The translations under genes and the position numbers were made by a program. Below the pieces are notes generated by a model. That model ran no database searches. It was not told the origin of the DNA and worked only from the letters and a program-made list of their open reading frames with translations. Below are positions 28,958 through 43,554 of a stretch of 64,000 nt of DNA, one piece after another. Source of the DNA: Antedon mediterranea (taxonomy: Eukaryota > Animalia > Echinodermata). Position 1 is the first letter of the stretch. Each line of letters starts with the position of its first letter. The DNA lies in NCBI RefSeq assembly GCF_964355755.1, contig NC_092671.1:2728001-2792000 (forward strand), read 5' to 3'.

Positions 28958-29610
28958 GACAGTATAGTATGTACAGTATACAGTATAGTATGTACAGTAT
29001 ACAGTATAGTATGTACAGTATACAGTATAGTATGTACAGTATACAGTATAGTATGTACAGTATACAGTATAGTATCAGTATACAGTATAGTATGTACAGT
29101 ATACAGTATAGTATGTACAGTATACTGTACAGTATAGTATGTACAGTATACAGTATAGTATGTACAGTATACAGTATAGTATGTGCAGTATACAGTATAG
29201 TATGTACAGTATACAGTATAGTATGTACAGTATACAGTATAGTATGTACAGTATACAGTATAGTATGTACAGTATACAGTATAGTATGTGCAGTATACAG
29301 TATAGTGCTATTTGTATAGTCAACAGTACAGTATACAGTATAGTATGTGCAGTATACTGTACAGTATAGTATGTACAGTATACAGTACAGTATAGTATGT
29401 ACAGTATACAGACTTACAGTACAGTATGTATAATACTATTTGTATAGTCAACAGTATAGTATACAGTATAGTATGTACAGTATACAAGATAGTATGTACA
29501 GTATACAGTATAGTATGTATATTACTATAATGTTTAGTCAGTATTCATACAGTATAGTATGTATACTTACTGTATATAGTCAAGAGTATACAGTACAGTA
29601 TACTGTATAG
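28958..29610. repeat. 21-bp minisatellite (tacagtatagtatgtacagta), degenerating rightwards
   Basis: Direct reading; explains the repetitive MYSIQYS ORFs. Confidence 0.95.
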
Positions 29611-29862
29611 CATTATAGTTATTACTGTATGTATCTACAGTATACAGTAGTATGGAGTATAGTACAATATGTTTCAGAGGAACACAGTAGTGATTATAAC
29701 ATTTTTATCTTGGAACATGTTTTATCAATTTTTCCTGAGAATTATTGTAAATAAATTGAATAGTTATTCCTTCTGAAATTTAAAACATATTGGCAGAATT
29801 TAGACGGAAAACCTATAATAGGCTTCATTTTATTTCTATTAATGTCTCGAGGTTAAGTGCAC

Positions 29863-30305
29863 ATAAAATGAAATGATTAGTAACTGAAGACGTAGAATGC
29901 TAATGAAACATACTTTTTAAAAAAAATGATTGTATTGATGAATTGATTTGGATGCCACAAAGCTGAACTTATTCGACTACATTATAATAATTATTGATAT
30001 TTCACCAGAATTTATAAATTCTGAATGTTTGCATGGTTAAAATGTACCATAACTAAAATCGTGAAATTCATATTGCTGACTTTCCTTTATAAAATGAAAT
30101 GATTAATAACTGAAGACGTACAATGCTAATGAAACCACCTTTTTTTTTAATGGTTGAAACTGATGAATTGATTAGGATGCCAGGAAGCTGAAGTTATTCG
30201 ATTACATTATATTAATTATTTATATTTTTTACCAGAATTAATAAATTATGAATGTTTGCATGGGTTAAAACTAAATTCAATTGTACCATTACTAAAATCG
30301 TGAAA
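29863..30305. repeat. ~230-bp tandem duplication
   Basis: taaaatgaaatgatta.taactgaagacgta...actaaaatcgtgaaat occurs twice. Confidence 0.85.
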
Positions 30306-30579
30306 TATAAATTGGTTATATAATGCTTGGTTATCACTAGGAAGGCAACACAAGTATATAACAAAACACGAGTACGTAACACAACGTAAGTGAGTTGACC
30401 AATCACAAGCGATGGATTAAATTGATTGGCGCTTGTCATTGGTCAACAGGCTTACGCTGCATTTACATCCTTGCGTTGCGTTCTAGTGGGAACCAAGCTT
30501 TACTGACTGATAATGCAGTACATATACCCTACTAATTGTTACAATTTTGAGTAATTATATTTGTGTTTTTCTTTCGTAG

Positions 30580-30678
30580 GACACAAACGTTTTAGGATTC
30601 AAAGGACCAAGAAAAATGACCGTTATCATTCCTGGCATGAGCTTAGATCATGAACGAGTTCCCATCAGACCGCAAAAT
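30580..30678 (+). CDS. TUB: Tubby domain exon ([33 protein letters not shown])
   Basis: Hallmark [12 protein letters not shown] motif; ag/gt boundaries. Confidence 0.97.
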
Positions 30679-30696
30679 GTAAGATAAAATATGCCA

Positions 30697-30797
30697 ATAA
30701 GGTTTATCGCAAATAGTTGCGAGGAACTTCATTGCACAATGCATGATGGAAAGCCTTCCCATCATGCATCGCTAACGCTATTTGCGATAAACTTTAT
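30697..30797. mobile_element. 101-bp palindromic MITE-like hairpin
   Basis: ataaggtttatcgcaaatag / ctatttgcgataaactttat outer stem; inner stem tgcatgatgg / ccatcatgca. Confidence 0.7.
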
Positions 30798-31191
30798 CAT
30801 TTTATTTATATTCTTTATTTTTAATTTTGTATGTAAAGTAGTTGTATAATGAAACAAGTGGAACATTTCCAATACTTCTAATTTTGTAACCATTGATTTT
30901 TTTTGATAATTCATGTTGAATCAATGAATTTAATTAAAATATATAGTACAGTTCACATTTTTTTTTATATTAATGTGGATTTTTATTTTGTTATAAAAAT
31001 ACTGTGAACTTTCTACTGTAGCTGTAGATCTCGTATACATTTTTATTTTTCATTGTATAGTTATAAAAGCTAGGGTTGCAATAACATGAATAGATATATA
31101 ATAATAATATATGTCGTTGTTGTTTCCTGTGCATATAGAATGGATAATGTACGTTTATAACGCAAGTTTACTTACCTTTCTCGTGTTTCAG

Positions 31192-31279
31192 AATCGAGAT
31201 TGTTTGATTGAGAGATTTAAAGGAAAGCAGATGGATAATTTACTTGAACTGCACAACAAGACTCCGGTTTGGAATGACG
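31192..31279 (+). CDS. TUB: Tubby domain exon (NRDCLIERFKGKQMDNLLELHNKTPVWND)
   Basis: Hallmark LHNKTPVWND motif; ag/gt boundaries. Confidence 0.97.
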
Positions 31280-32608
31280 GTTAGTAATTATAATTACACT
31301 CTCTTGCAGTATTTGATTTCTGAATATAGTAATCTGTTCTAAATTGTGACATGCTCTATATTATTATTCGGTTAAGTGATCCAATGAAATATAACCAGGT
31401 ATATGTAAATATTATTATTAATTGTTAATTTAACTATAGTGTATTTTGTGATTTTCACCGAGCACCATTTCCCACCTGTCAATCAAACAAAAGTACTATA
31501 GTAGTTTTAATTTGACATACCATGAGCTGGTATCTTTAGGCCAGGTAGGTAATTAGTGGTATGGTAATTTGGTGATCAACATGCTTGCTTACTAATCACA
31601 GGGTCTTTGGTTCAAATCTTTGGTATAGTTTAATAACGAGAAACAGTATGACTAGGCTAAGCATCCTAACTTAACTTAGAAAGGACAGAGATTTGTTTTA
31701 TCCCATGAATTAGTAATTGTACGTGAAATAAGAGAGAGCGCTTCTCAATAAAATTTAATCAAAGCAATATACAGTATATAATATATATTTGTGCGCCACT
31801 AATGATTGTCAATACCAGGTCAGTGTGATGGGACACTTGTTCATTTTGTCATTTGTGATTTTCATTTTACTATTATTCATACCCTTTTCAATCTATTAAA
31901 ATTTTGCATTCACAACTCATATTCATTATGCATCACGTAATTAATGAAAAATGACACAACATGGCTGGTGTGCATCACATAGAGTTGAATGTCGCAACTC
32001 TTTATATAATATTATATATGTGTGTGTGTGTGCTGAACTGAAGCATTATAATTTGTTCTGCTTCAACACAAATAGTGCTGTAAGTTTCTGTTAGATAATT
32101 GCCATATTCCTAGTACATTGACAACTTAATAGTGGCAGGGAAGCTCTTATAGACACATCACTAAAACCTTAAATGAATTACAAAATGCATCTTCAGTTTA
32201 GTGGAACTAATGTTCTACCAAACTCAATTACATGCATTAGAATATTAAAATAAATCGTTAGAGTATGTACAGCATGGCCAGATATTGATTATAGTTTTTT
32301 TGCACTGTTTTTTCTCATTTTATATGAAGTGGTCTAAAAATCAGAATTATGTTCTTCCTGGCATTCTCATTAGTTACGATCAACAGTGAACATGACCTTT
32401 GAACCCTGGACGCCATGGAAATCATAAAATTCAAACTGGCTTTTTCAAGATTTCCTAAATTCTACCCTACTGTTTTAGTAATTATAATGTTTTACAGGTC
32501 ATACAATTAAAGTTGTATTGATATTATTGTTAATAAAGTGTGTATGTTTCTTTACATTTAGAAGCAGTCCGGTTCATCTATTTATATTCATAATTTGTTT
32601 ATTTTCAG

Positions 32609-32692
32609 ATACGCAATCTTACGTTCTTAATTTTCATGGTCGAGTGACTCAAGCCTCCGTAAAGAACTTTCAGATTGTTCATGAGAACGATG
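32609..32692 (+). CDS. TUB: Tubby domain exon ([28 protein letters not shown])
   Basis: Tubby signature [14 protein letters not shown]. Confidence 0.98.
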
Positions 32693-33854
32693 GTAAGCAT
32701 GAAATCTGAAGCTGCTTATGTATAATAACGGAAATGAACATTTTCTTTATTTATTATTATTCTCTTAAGGAGTTTTCACTTTCCCAGTTTCTCGACATGG
32801 TCAGCTTTAACCCACAGAACATTCTTCATAGAATATTACTGTATATGACCATATAATATATACTCAGTGCCCTAGTCATGAGAATTATAGTGTTGTTGCA
32901 ACAAAAGAGGAACAGCCCCTCTGCAGGCCACAGGGTTGTCAAAGGCCTCTGAAAAAGTGGTCAGGTTGAAACATTACTAACCGTACTGGTGGCTACGGCC
33001 AGTGGGGTCTAGGTACAAAATTTATTGAAAATTAAGGGATGGGCTTATACTCTGGTTACATAGTAAAAATCTTGTGTCTGAATTTAGCCTAAATTAGGGG
33101 GTGGGATTATACTCGAGGATGGAATTATACTCGAGGTCATATTGTTATTATAGAAATAAGTAAACGTAAGTAGTTATTTTTCCATTAAGGAAATTAGAGA
33201 GAGTGAGTGTAAAGAAAATCAATATTTTTCTTTGTGTGTTTATATTCCACGCGACTATTTATGTAAATTGGAATGAAATTTCTTTTGTCAAACCAATATT
33301 AAAAAGAAATAAAATTGATGGTAAAATTATACATTTTGTTTAAAGATGTATTGTTCTCCGAAAACATAAAAAATGAAGATTAATAAATCAGACTTTGAAT
33401 AGGCTTTTTATGCAGTTTTAATAAAGTTAATCACTTCCCCAGGGAAAAACGAAAAAAAACAATTATTTCACCTAAAAAAACAATGCATGATTTCGAAAAA
33501 ACATTGCCTGACAGAAAATTTGACTATTTTTGCTTTAATTATTACAGTTTTTCAGCAACAGTCAATTTGTTGGTTTTTTTTTTTTAATTTAGTTTTTGAT
33601 CAAAGTGAATAATTAAAATGGCATATTAAAAAAAAATATTGAAAATGTCATGATATCTTATATACACAGAGATTGTCAGTTGAAATTTCTGATTTATTTC
33701 AAATTAATAAATCGTTTATTTCTTGAAAGGAAATGATCAGTCAAGTTGTCTATAAATCAAATCTATATTTGTCATTAATTGATTAATAGTGAATATGTAT
33801 TAAGATTTTTATCTTAACGGAAATCAATCTTAAAGAGGTTGTGTTGCACTATAA

Positions 33855-34018
33855 AGCTCTGTCTACACTATCAAACATTATGTGACAACAAAATGTGATG
33901 TGCCCATATATGGACATGATGATGTCATATCACTAGCATATTTGGGTACTGTATATCATTACCATATTTGGACACATCACACTTTTTGTGAAACTAGTTT
34001 GATAGTGTAGACAGAGCT
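33855..34018. mobile_element. High-copy MITE family (agctctgtctacactatcaaac TIR), PIF/Harbinger-type; best copy
   Basis: 22-bp TIR, TAA TSD. Other full or partial copies at ~5667-5796, 6581-6710, 11958-12030, 12694-12862, 19871-19994, 25775-25904, 26564-26750, 38360-38500. Confidence 0.88.
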
Positions 34019-35012
34019 TAAGATAAAGGGGGCATGTATGTATAGAAAAATAAAGCTGTGTTTTCTGCACCCAAAAATTTACCAATAACTAACAGATAAA
34101 GTTCCTGCAGAAACAAGGTTTAACCTATTCCGCTCCATAAAAAATTACCGATAATTATCTTATTCAAATCAGATTATTATATTTAACCTCTAACCAGAAG
34201 AACAAATTGTTGTGTTGGGCACTTGATTGTTTGGTAGTGACTGACTATGCATACTTTATTGCACTGCCTAAGACTAAGAAAGACTCATTTAGTACAAACA
34301 CCTCTAGTATTGGCCTAAACCCCAACAAATCAGCGGTGTAAAAGTCTCTGCCTAAACAAAAACCAAGTAGAATATTCTTGCAGTAAGCATTGTACAGAGT
34401 AAGAACAAGTACTCTATACATTAGATGACATTTCCATCAGACTTATGGTTCGCTAACAAATAGCAAGAAGCATTCTCTCGCTATATTGTAGCATTTCCCC
34501 ATTGCCTCATAATCATCAAATCTGTTTATTGCTTTCGTTCCTTCGTTACATTTCTCAAAGGAACAACACAATAATCGGCAACGTCTTTGAATATTTATTG
34601 TATCGTAATGCGTTGTTGTTTATCGTGTATCTATATGTACGGCTCCTATATTTTATAAAGTTAATCAATCAATCGTAATAAATTCGCTCACATGAGATTA
34701 TTTTGTTTATCTCCTAGCGATAAATATGTATTGCACAATTTTAGGAAGTTTGATTGTTAATTTAAAGGAAGATCAAATTTATCTTTTTCGGCAAGCGCAC
34801 AAGTTGTAAATTTTGCTTTGGATTTATCTGTCTAGCGTTCAAAAGAGGCTTTGTGTCCCACTGGTCTCATAATAAGCAGTTTAATTTTCCTCTCGTAGTT
34901 TTGATGACAGAATGCAAATTGGGTAATTTGTCTATGTAATATATTCATGTTATAAAACTTAAGTTTCTACTGTTATATATTATATATTACTACTTTTAGT
35001 GTAAAGCTATTA

Positions 35013-38000
35013 CTCTAGTAGCTAGATCAACTTTCGTATGCACTTTGAGGTCCAGAGAATTTGACTTCAGAAATTGGTTTAGGGTGGTCAAACAATCATT
35101 TTTGGCTTGGTTACACATTTTGAAAATGTGGCGAAAGGTCAAAAGGTCAGGGTGAAAGGTCATAAGACCAAACACCAATATGTCCTTAAATCTGAACAAC
35201 CACTGGTCACAGCGAAGTAATTTTGGTCTCAAATTGATCAGAAGGTATACATTTATATTTAGTCTAATGGGACATTTTAGTTTAAAATGACCGGAAATGC
35301 CATTTCTGACCTTTGACCCACAACCCAGGGCATGTATTTATCTCCGTAACTACTGGTCGTAGACACTTGAATTTGGTTTTAAATTGTTCGAAATATATAT
35401 TTTGTTATATGAAAAACATTTTGAAAAATGTTACAAAACGTCAAAGGGTCAGGGTCAAGGGTTATATAAACAAATAAATAAAGGTACTTGTATCTCGGCA
35501 ACCACTGGTCGCAGCAAGTCAATTTTGGTCTCAAAATGTTCAGAAGGCATGCATTTATATTCCGTCTAATGGGGCATTTTAGTAAAAAATGATCAGAAAT
35601 GCCATTTCTGACCTTTGACCCACATACCAGGGCATCTTCATATCTCTGTAAGTACTGGTCGTAGAAACTTAAATTTGGTATCAAATTGTTTGAAATATAC
35701 ATATTTACATTCATTGTAATAGAAAATGTGGTTAAAAGATGAACAGAAAATACTATTACTAATGTTTCAAACAAAAAACATATCTCTACACAACTTATCC
35801 TTAGACAGTAATGTTATGCAATATGATACTTTAAATTGTTTCAATTTCAAGTAGGCCTACTAGTTATTGCTGTCCACGAGAACATTTTGATATAAACGTC
35901 AAGCTCAACAGTTCTTTTCAGAATGCTAGAAGTAACTTGCCATGTGTATCCGATTAAACGCCCCGGGCATTTATTGTTCAAAAGGGTTTTTAGGGGGAGG
36001 GGAGGCATCTTTATTTGGGGTATAATATGGTAACATGTATAATCAAATAAATACCACCTAGATGTAAAAAAATACAGCACAATTAATATAAAAAAATAAC
36101 ATTATGTCAAAATGCTTGGTAAATTGTAGATTATGGTAATTAATGAAATGTGTTGTGATACAATTATTTTGTAAATGCATGTGGCGGAGCGTTTATTCCA
36201 CATGATGTTCTATTGGAGGGAATGGAGGCTTTTATTCAAAGCGGGTGTTAATTCGAATAAATACTCGAGCTCAACAGTTAAGAATGCTAGAAGTAACTTA
36301 CTATAGTTACCCGAATAAAAGGTCCGGGCATTTAGTTATTCAGGGAAGGCGTTTATTTTGTTTGGGTGTAATAATGGTAACATGTATAATCAAATAAATA
36401 CACCCCAGATAAAAAAAAAAAAATTAATATAATAAGAATAATAACTGGATTAAACCTCATTCTATCCTGTTGCAAGTACAATCATGTAATAAAAGGTATC
36501 ACAGACAACTATAATAGACCAATTCATTGTCATGATTCCGTAACACTGTTGCATAATATTTTTGAATGTTACCGACAAAACTTATAATATGTATAAGTTT
36601 TGTCGGTGTATATTATACACGTCTGTTCCCAGTGTAGATAATAAAACAATATATGTTTCTGGAGATTTATTATCAATACCACTAGAAACTTTGACATGTT
36701 TTAGGTACTGAATTCATTGATAATAAAAGCATCAGAAGTTATCATGATAAAATCATACTACAACACTGTACACAAGGGTGTTTTCAGGAAAGCTGGACAT
36801 ATTGTACAATAGTAATGAAGCTATGTATTGGCATTTAAAAATATGCAAAAGATTGTTGTCAAATTGTAGTCACAAACAAACAGATGATAGAATGAAGATC
36901 CATTATGAGTGCAATTGTGTCAGGATAATGATGTGTCATTGTTTTATATCATTATACTGGCACCTGGAAGAGAAGATCCATTTAATGTTATCTATGACAG
37001 TGTCACTTTTATTCTAAAAGACAGAAACATTTCGTTAAAAAGCATAAAGAAAACAACGAATCATGTAAAGTACCTTTTATCAGTTGAGAAACGAATTATA
37101 ATTATTAAAATTAGAGTATTTATTCGAATTAACACCCGCTTTGAATAAAAGCCTCTCTCAAATAAACGCCACCATTCCCTCTAATAGAACACCATTACAT
37201 GTGGAATACGCCCGCCACATGCATTTACACAATGATTGTATCACAACACATTACATTAACTACCATAATCTACAATTTACCAAGCATTTTTTTCACTTTT
37301 TGATATTAATTGTGCTGTATTTTTTTTTACATCTAGGTGGTATTTATTTGATTATACATATTACCATATTATACCACAAATAAAGATGCCTCCCCTGCCC
37401 CTAAAAACCCCTTTGAACAATAAATGCCCGGGGAGTTTAATCGGATACACATGGCAAGTTACTTCTAGCATTCTGAAAAGAACTGTTGAGCTTGACGTTT
37501 CTATCAATGTTCTTGGGGTCAGCAATAACTAGTACTTGAAATTGAAACAATTTAAAGTATCAGTTATTGCATAACATTACTGTCTAAGGATAAGTTATGT
37601 AGAGATATGTTTTTTGTTTGAAACATTAGTAATAGTATTTCTGTTCATCTTTTAACCACATTTTCTATTAAAATGAATGTAAATATGTATATTTCGAACA
37701 ATTTGATACCAAATTTAAGTTTCTACGACCAGTACTTACAGAGATATGAAGATGCCATGATATGTGGGTCAAAGGTCAGAAATGGCATTTCTGATAATTT
37801 TTGACTAAAATGTCCCATTAGATTGAATATGAAAGCATGCCTTCTGAACATTTTGAGACTAAAATTGACTTGCTGCGACGAGTGGTTGCCGAGATACAAG
37901 TATCTATTTTTATTTGTTCATATAACCTCTGACCTTGACCCTTTGACCTTTTGTAACATTTTTAAAAATGTGCTACAAATAATAAATATTTATTTCAAAC

Positions 38001-38357
38001 AATTTAAGACCAAATTTAAGTGTCTACGATCAGTAGTTACGGAGATACATACATGCCCTGAGGTGTGGGTCAAAGGTCAGAAATGGCATTTCCGGTCATT
38101 TTTTACTAAAATGTCCCATTAGACTGAATATCTCAATTTGAGACCAAAATTACTTCGCTGTGACCACTAGTTGTTGAGATTTAAGGACATATTGGTGTTT
38201 GGTCTTATGACCTTTCATCCTGACCTTTTGACCTTTCGCCACATTTTCAAAATGTGTAACCAAGCCAAAAATGATTGTTTGACCACCCTAAACCAATTTC
38301 TGGAGTCAAATTCTCTGGACCTCAAAGTGCATACGAAAGTTGATCTAGCTACTAGAG
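35013..38357. mobile_element. Foldback-like DNA element with ~1.25-kb inverted arms in the last Tubby intron
   Basis: 35013-36266 is the near reverse complement of 37114-38357; termini ctctagtagctagatc flanked by TA on both sides; no transposase seen. Confidence 0.88.
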
Positions 38358-38631
38358 TATATACATTATCAAACTTTATATGACAAAAAAAGTGATGTGC
38401 TCATATATGGACAGGATGATGTCATATCACTACCATATTTGGGCATATCACTACCATATTTGGGCATATCACTACCATGTTTGGACATATCACTACCATA
38501 TTTACTGTACTATTATTTTGTTTTAATTTTTAATTTATCCCTGTCAAACAGTAGTAATGCAAGAGTTGAAAAATTGTCCAACGTAAGATGAATTTAAATA
38601 AATTTAAACAACTTTTTATTTTATTTTCTAG

Positions 38632-38765
38632 TGGACTACATCATAATGCAATTTGGACGTGTAGGTGAAGAAGTTTTCACGATGGACTACAACTACCCTT
38701 TATGTGCTGTGCAAGCCTTTGGTATTGCTCTTAGCAGTTTTGACAGCAAGTTGGCTTGCGAATAG
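38632..38765 (+). CDS. TUB: Tubby terminal coding exon ([11 protein letters not shown]...[12 protein letters not shown])
   Basis: Canonical Tubby C-terminus [10 protein letters not shown] followed by TAG. Confidence 0.98.
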
Positions 38766-39529
38766 GTACGAATGAAAACACCTTCGCTACGTGACCAAAT
38801 GACATCCATTGTATAATGCTCTTTAACCTATGTGATATACATCTTTCAAAATAAAAAGCAAAAAAGTCTATGGAATTTTGATGTACTTAATTTCATGAAA
38901 CTAATGTTTTCACTTTCATTTTCTGTTTGTTACACCTGTATGTAAAGCATCGTGTTGATATCACGAGCTACGTACATGATTCCATGTTTTTGATTCCATA
39001 AATTTGCGGTTTTGCAATTTATGTTTAGAAATTTACATAAATGTTTAAAATGATAAAATACAAAGGTTTACAACAAATAAATGTATTATTGTTTTAACTC
39101 AATAATAGCTGAGTTTTATCTAACATATTTTTAGGCCTAGTTAAGGAACATCATGTGTAGAAGGGTGGGGGGGGGGGGGGCGTGTGTTGTCTTAACAGAA
39201 GGTTGTGGTATTTAGTTAAAAACTGTTGACAATTTACAAAATGTATTTAAGTAAAAAAATGATATGTTTTCTAAAAATGATTGTTCAAACAGTATATTCC
39301 TGTATATATACAAATAAAATAATTTTAAATATTATAATTATTTTAATTAATATTCATGGTTTTGTTGAGATGTGAATTTTATAAAAGGCACAAGTAGTTG
39401 CAATGGTGTATTCATTCTTAGAGCTGTACATACAATTATTGACAGATATGTAATGTGGTGAAGATTGTATTTTAACAGATAGATTAAGCCTTTCATTAAA
39501 CCATCGATGATTGTGATTAAAATGTAATC

Positions 39530-39880
39530 TTCAATCCTGATTAAATTATAATTTTAATCTTGATTAAAATAAAATGTTAATCCTTATTAAAGTTACTTTT
39601 TTCAATTGATTGAATTAATCCTTGATTTGAAAGTGACTTTTAATAATCTTAATTGAATTCATTTCAGTTTTGGATTGAAAGTGAATTCTTTTTATCTTGA
39701 TTGATTTCAATCCTTGGTTTTAAGTGACTTTTATTTTATTCTTAATTGACTTAAGATTTTATTCCTTGATTGAAAGTAATTTCTTTTAATGTCGATTGCA
39801 TTAAGATTTCAATCCTTAGTTTAAAGTGACTTCTTTTAATCTTGATTTAATTAAGATTTTAATCCTTGATTGAAAGTAAC
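39530..39880. repeat. Degenerate tandem repeat downstream of the Tubby stop codon
   Basis: Recurring aatccttgattgaaagtgacttt..taatcttgatt. Confidence 0.7.
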
Positions 39881-41597
39881 ATTTTTTTAAACATAATAAA
39901 TGTACATATGGTGTTATGCTAATTATCTGATACTCTTTAGGTCGCATTGTGTCATGATCTGTTAGTTTACTGAAGGAATTGAGTATGTCATATTAATAGC
40001 AAAAAATGCAAAATTAATAACTGATCATTTATTGTTAAATATATAAATATAAGTTGTGATCAAAAGAATTGATTGTAAAAATTGTTGTTTTATATAGGTT
40101 CATGGCCATCTTCATTGTATATCACAGTGTTGTGTTTATATTTTTATGGTAAAAAATATATGTGAGTGACTTGTCTCGAAAATGTTTATGAGCTGGCAAA
40201 TAAATACTAATAGAGATATGTAAATAATTGTACAGAAAGTATGAAATTATATAAAATGGTGAACGATTTTTAATAGTAATACGTGTTGTTAAAATCTCAT
40301 TGTTATTCCTAACTTTGAAAATAATGATAAAATCACTTACAACCCCGAAGGATGAATTGAAATAGTAGTAGAAATAGTAGATACCGTACTATTGCTTCCC
40401 CTTGTCCAATAGCGCCCCCCCTGTCCAATAGCGCCCCCTAGAGGTTGTTGTTTGCTTTTTAAACAGCAAATTGTTTACTTTGTATGTAAACACACTAGAA
40501 GAATAGAGATGCATTTTATGCATTATATAAGAAAACGTTTCTATAAATAAATGAATAATTCTAAGTGGGCTAGAAAGTTGTGTAAGCTACTGGAAGGTTA
40601 TTGGTGCAAGTACGGTATACTACCATTATGCAAAATAAGCTTAGAAAGGCTTTGGCTATTATATTTACTATTTTCACAATTTATAATTGCAAAGTGTTTT
40701 TAGGCCAGGAAAATTCTGCGAATGTCAATGTGTTTTAAATTTTAAGCATCCCGTAAAGTAACACTGTAATACTTAGTTTTTATATAGTTCGAACTATATG
40801 CTATATTAAACTTTATGCCTATGTTAAAGTAATTTTCATGCAATAAAGTTTTAGCTACTACATTCCTTTCTTGCTAATGAAACTCCAGTTACATGGAATG
40901 GTGGGCTAATCAGGGCTTGCAGAATCTTGTACTTTGGGCATGTAATGTCTAAAACTTGGTTTCTCCAATTTTAACCTGTCTAACTTTTTTGTTAGTTTAT
41001 TTGCAAGAAAAACTAATTAATTTCTATTTTCCTTTCAATCCCTGTTGGATTTTTATAAGGTAGCTTGTCTGGGCACAAGCAGTGAAATTCTACATGCCTG
41101 TCTACAAGCGCTCAATTAGTACATAATTTAATACAACGTTGTAAAAGTTCAAAATATTTGTTAATATCTTCATATAAAACCTCAATTTTGCTAATTTTGT
41201 GCTATAAATATTTCCAAGTATTCTTTTAAAACTTACACCTTGAGATACGAGCCAAATGACAGTTCATCCCGTCCAGAGGTCATAGGTCACCTCACCAAAT
41301 ATAGTATGTCATGCTCTTATGTTTATGTATGTTTTATTTGCATTCAAAAATATCAATAAAGCAATTAATTTTTATTTTTTGTTATAAATAATTTATTGAT
41401 AACGGTTTAATATTTATTTATGTCGTTTAGTTAATTATATTTTTACAATTTATTATTATTTTAATAAATATTATTCCATAAACAATTGCAAATAGTTTTA
41501 ACGATGATTGATAATAATTTCATTTTATAAGTTGAATAATTGTAATTTAACAATTTAATATTCTTTTGATTGTATGTTATATATAATATATATATTC

Positions 41598-41629
<32 letters not shown>

Positions 41630-43290
41630 TAATATATTGTATACAATTGGGAGCAGTTGTCTACGGATGCGAAATATAGCAAGGAATTTTAATTATTTAA
41701 CATCATTTATATTAAAATTAATTAAATCTATAATTAAAATGATGCTAGTTAACTTATCCTGATATTAAAAGTTCTCTTAATTTATTTTTAATATTAAAAT
41801 CATTACATAATATCCTATTATTAATATATGTAAAATGGTGATTATTAACAGCACATGTAACTGATCTTTGTGTTAATTCAAAATATATATGCCCTATTAT
41901 ATCGAGAAAATGTCATTAAAAATGTAAAAGTGCAAAACTAAAATGATATTATTGTCTTGTTGTTCATCCTTTATGGTGTTCAGAGAGTTGTAGGCGATTT
42001 GGTGAAAAATACCCAAATTATACACTCCACTTTCATATGACCCAACAAAAATAAAAATGGCTTTAAAAATGTCAGGGATTTTAAAAAATCACCCCAAATA
42101 TAAACTCTCAATTGTGCAATTTCTATTATCATCTTTTGGTGCCATGTAGAAAAGATTTTGTTCAAAAATTACCTAAAATATGAGTTTTTATAAAATGTGA
42201 TAATATTGCTGTATACAGATATCATGTTGTTATATTAAAAACGTTCCCTGTAGTTTATTTGGTGATGAAACCATATTTTGAAAAGTTCCCTGTACTATGG
42301 TACAGGGATTTTGGTCAAAAATTACCTAAAATATGAATTTTATAAAATGTGATAATATTGCTGTATACATATTTATGATATTATATTATATTGTGATAGG
42401 ACAAATATACATTGAAAAAAATGGAGTCAAAATTAAGCAATTTTTCGAAAAAGTTCCTTGTACTTTATTTGGTGATAAAAATATACTAACTATATATATA
42501 TATGGTATAGTATGTTTTATGAACCAACCAACAAAAAAATAAATACAAAACTATATATATTTGGAATGTATTAGATATAATAAGATTAGGGTGAGAGGCT
42601 AGCATAGCATGGGTTATGTATTGGTTAGGCTGACTTGTTGATAGAGGTTAATTCAAATACCATGGGCTATGTATTGGTCAATAGGTTGGATTATGGATTG
42701 ACTGGGTTATGTACAGGTTAGGCCGGGGTGTATACAGCCGGTTAAGATGGATTGTAATTAACCTATGTGTATAATTACATCATACCTTATAATAGCACAT
42801 GATTATAATCCTACACACATCAACATGTATACTTTATCCCCATTAACTTATACTTTTGGTTATTGGTGTTGCAGAGCTTGAAATATACTTTTTATCCACC
42901 AGAAAACATTTGGTTATAACTAGCAAAATAAGCAACCCAACTAGCATTTTAGCAAGTAAGCACTGTGTGGTAAATTAATAAATTCTACAAAAGAAAAAAT
43001 GACAGACATTGACATGTCTTGCCTGCTGTATGTTGTTAGTTTAAAAAAAGTTCAAATTACAACCACCCAACATTTTAGCTACTTAACATTTTCAACTAGC
43101 AATTACGACAAATCTACTATCAAATCGTTAGTTAGGGTGAACTTTGACCCCTGTTGTTTCGTCTACTACCTATCAACTAACTTTCCACAAGTGCTCATCT
43201 TCTGTGTCCAGTTAATGACACCAAATGCATTTCTGTTCTTCTTTCTTCTCCCCTATTTGTGCTTTTAAAGTTAGCGTATTTTCCTTCACT

Positions 43291-43346
43291 TTATTTCCTG
43301 GCTGTCTCATAATTATCCACAAACCACGTCACTGTCTCCTTTAACG
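43291..43346 (-). CDS. GFUS: GFUS terminal coding exon (ALKETVTWFVDNYETARK*)
   Basis: C-terminus WF.DNYE.ARK then TAA. Exon lengths sum to 969 nt = 322 aa + stop. Confidence 0.96.
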
Positions 43347-43407
43347 CTGCGAATAATAGTAAAATAACATCGATATTAAAAGTATGATCGATTGATTAAT
43401 GATATTA

Positions 43408-43554
<147 letters not shown>

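Noticed and set aside
28969-29369. ORFs with MYSIQYS/ILYC repeats
   Set aside because: Translations of the 21-bp minisatellite.
34996-38383. Duplicated ORF pair FKDILVFGLMTFHPD... on opposite strands
   Set aside because: By-product of the inverted arms; no recognisable domain.
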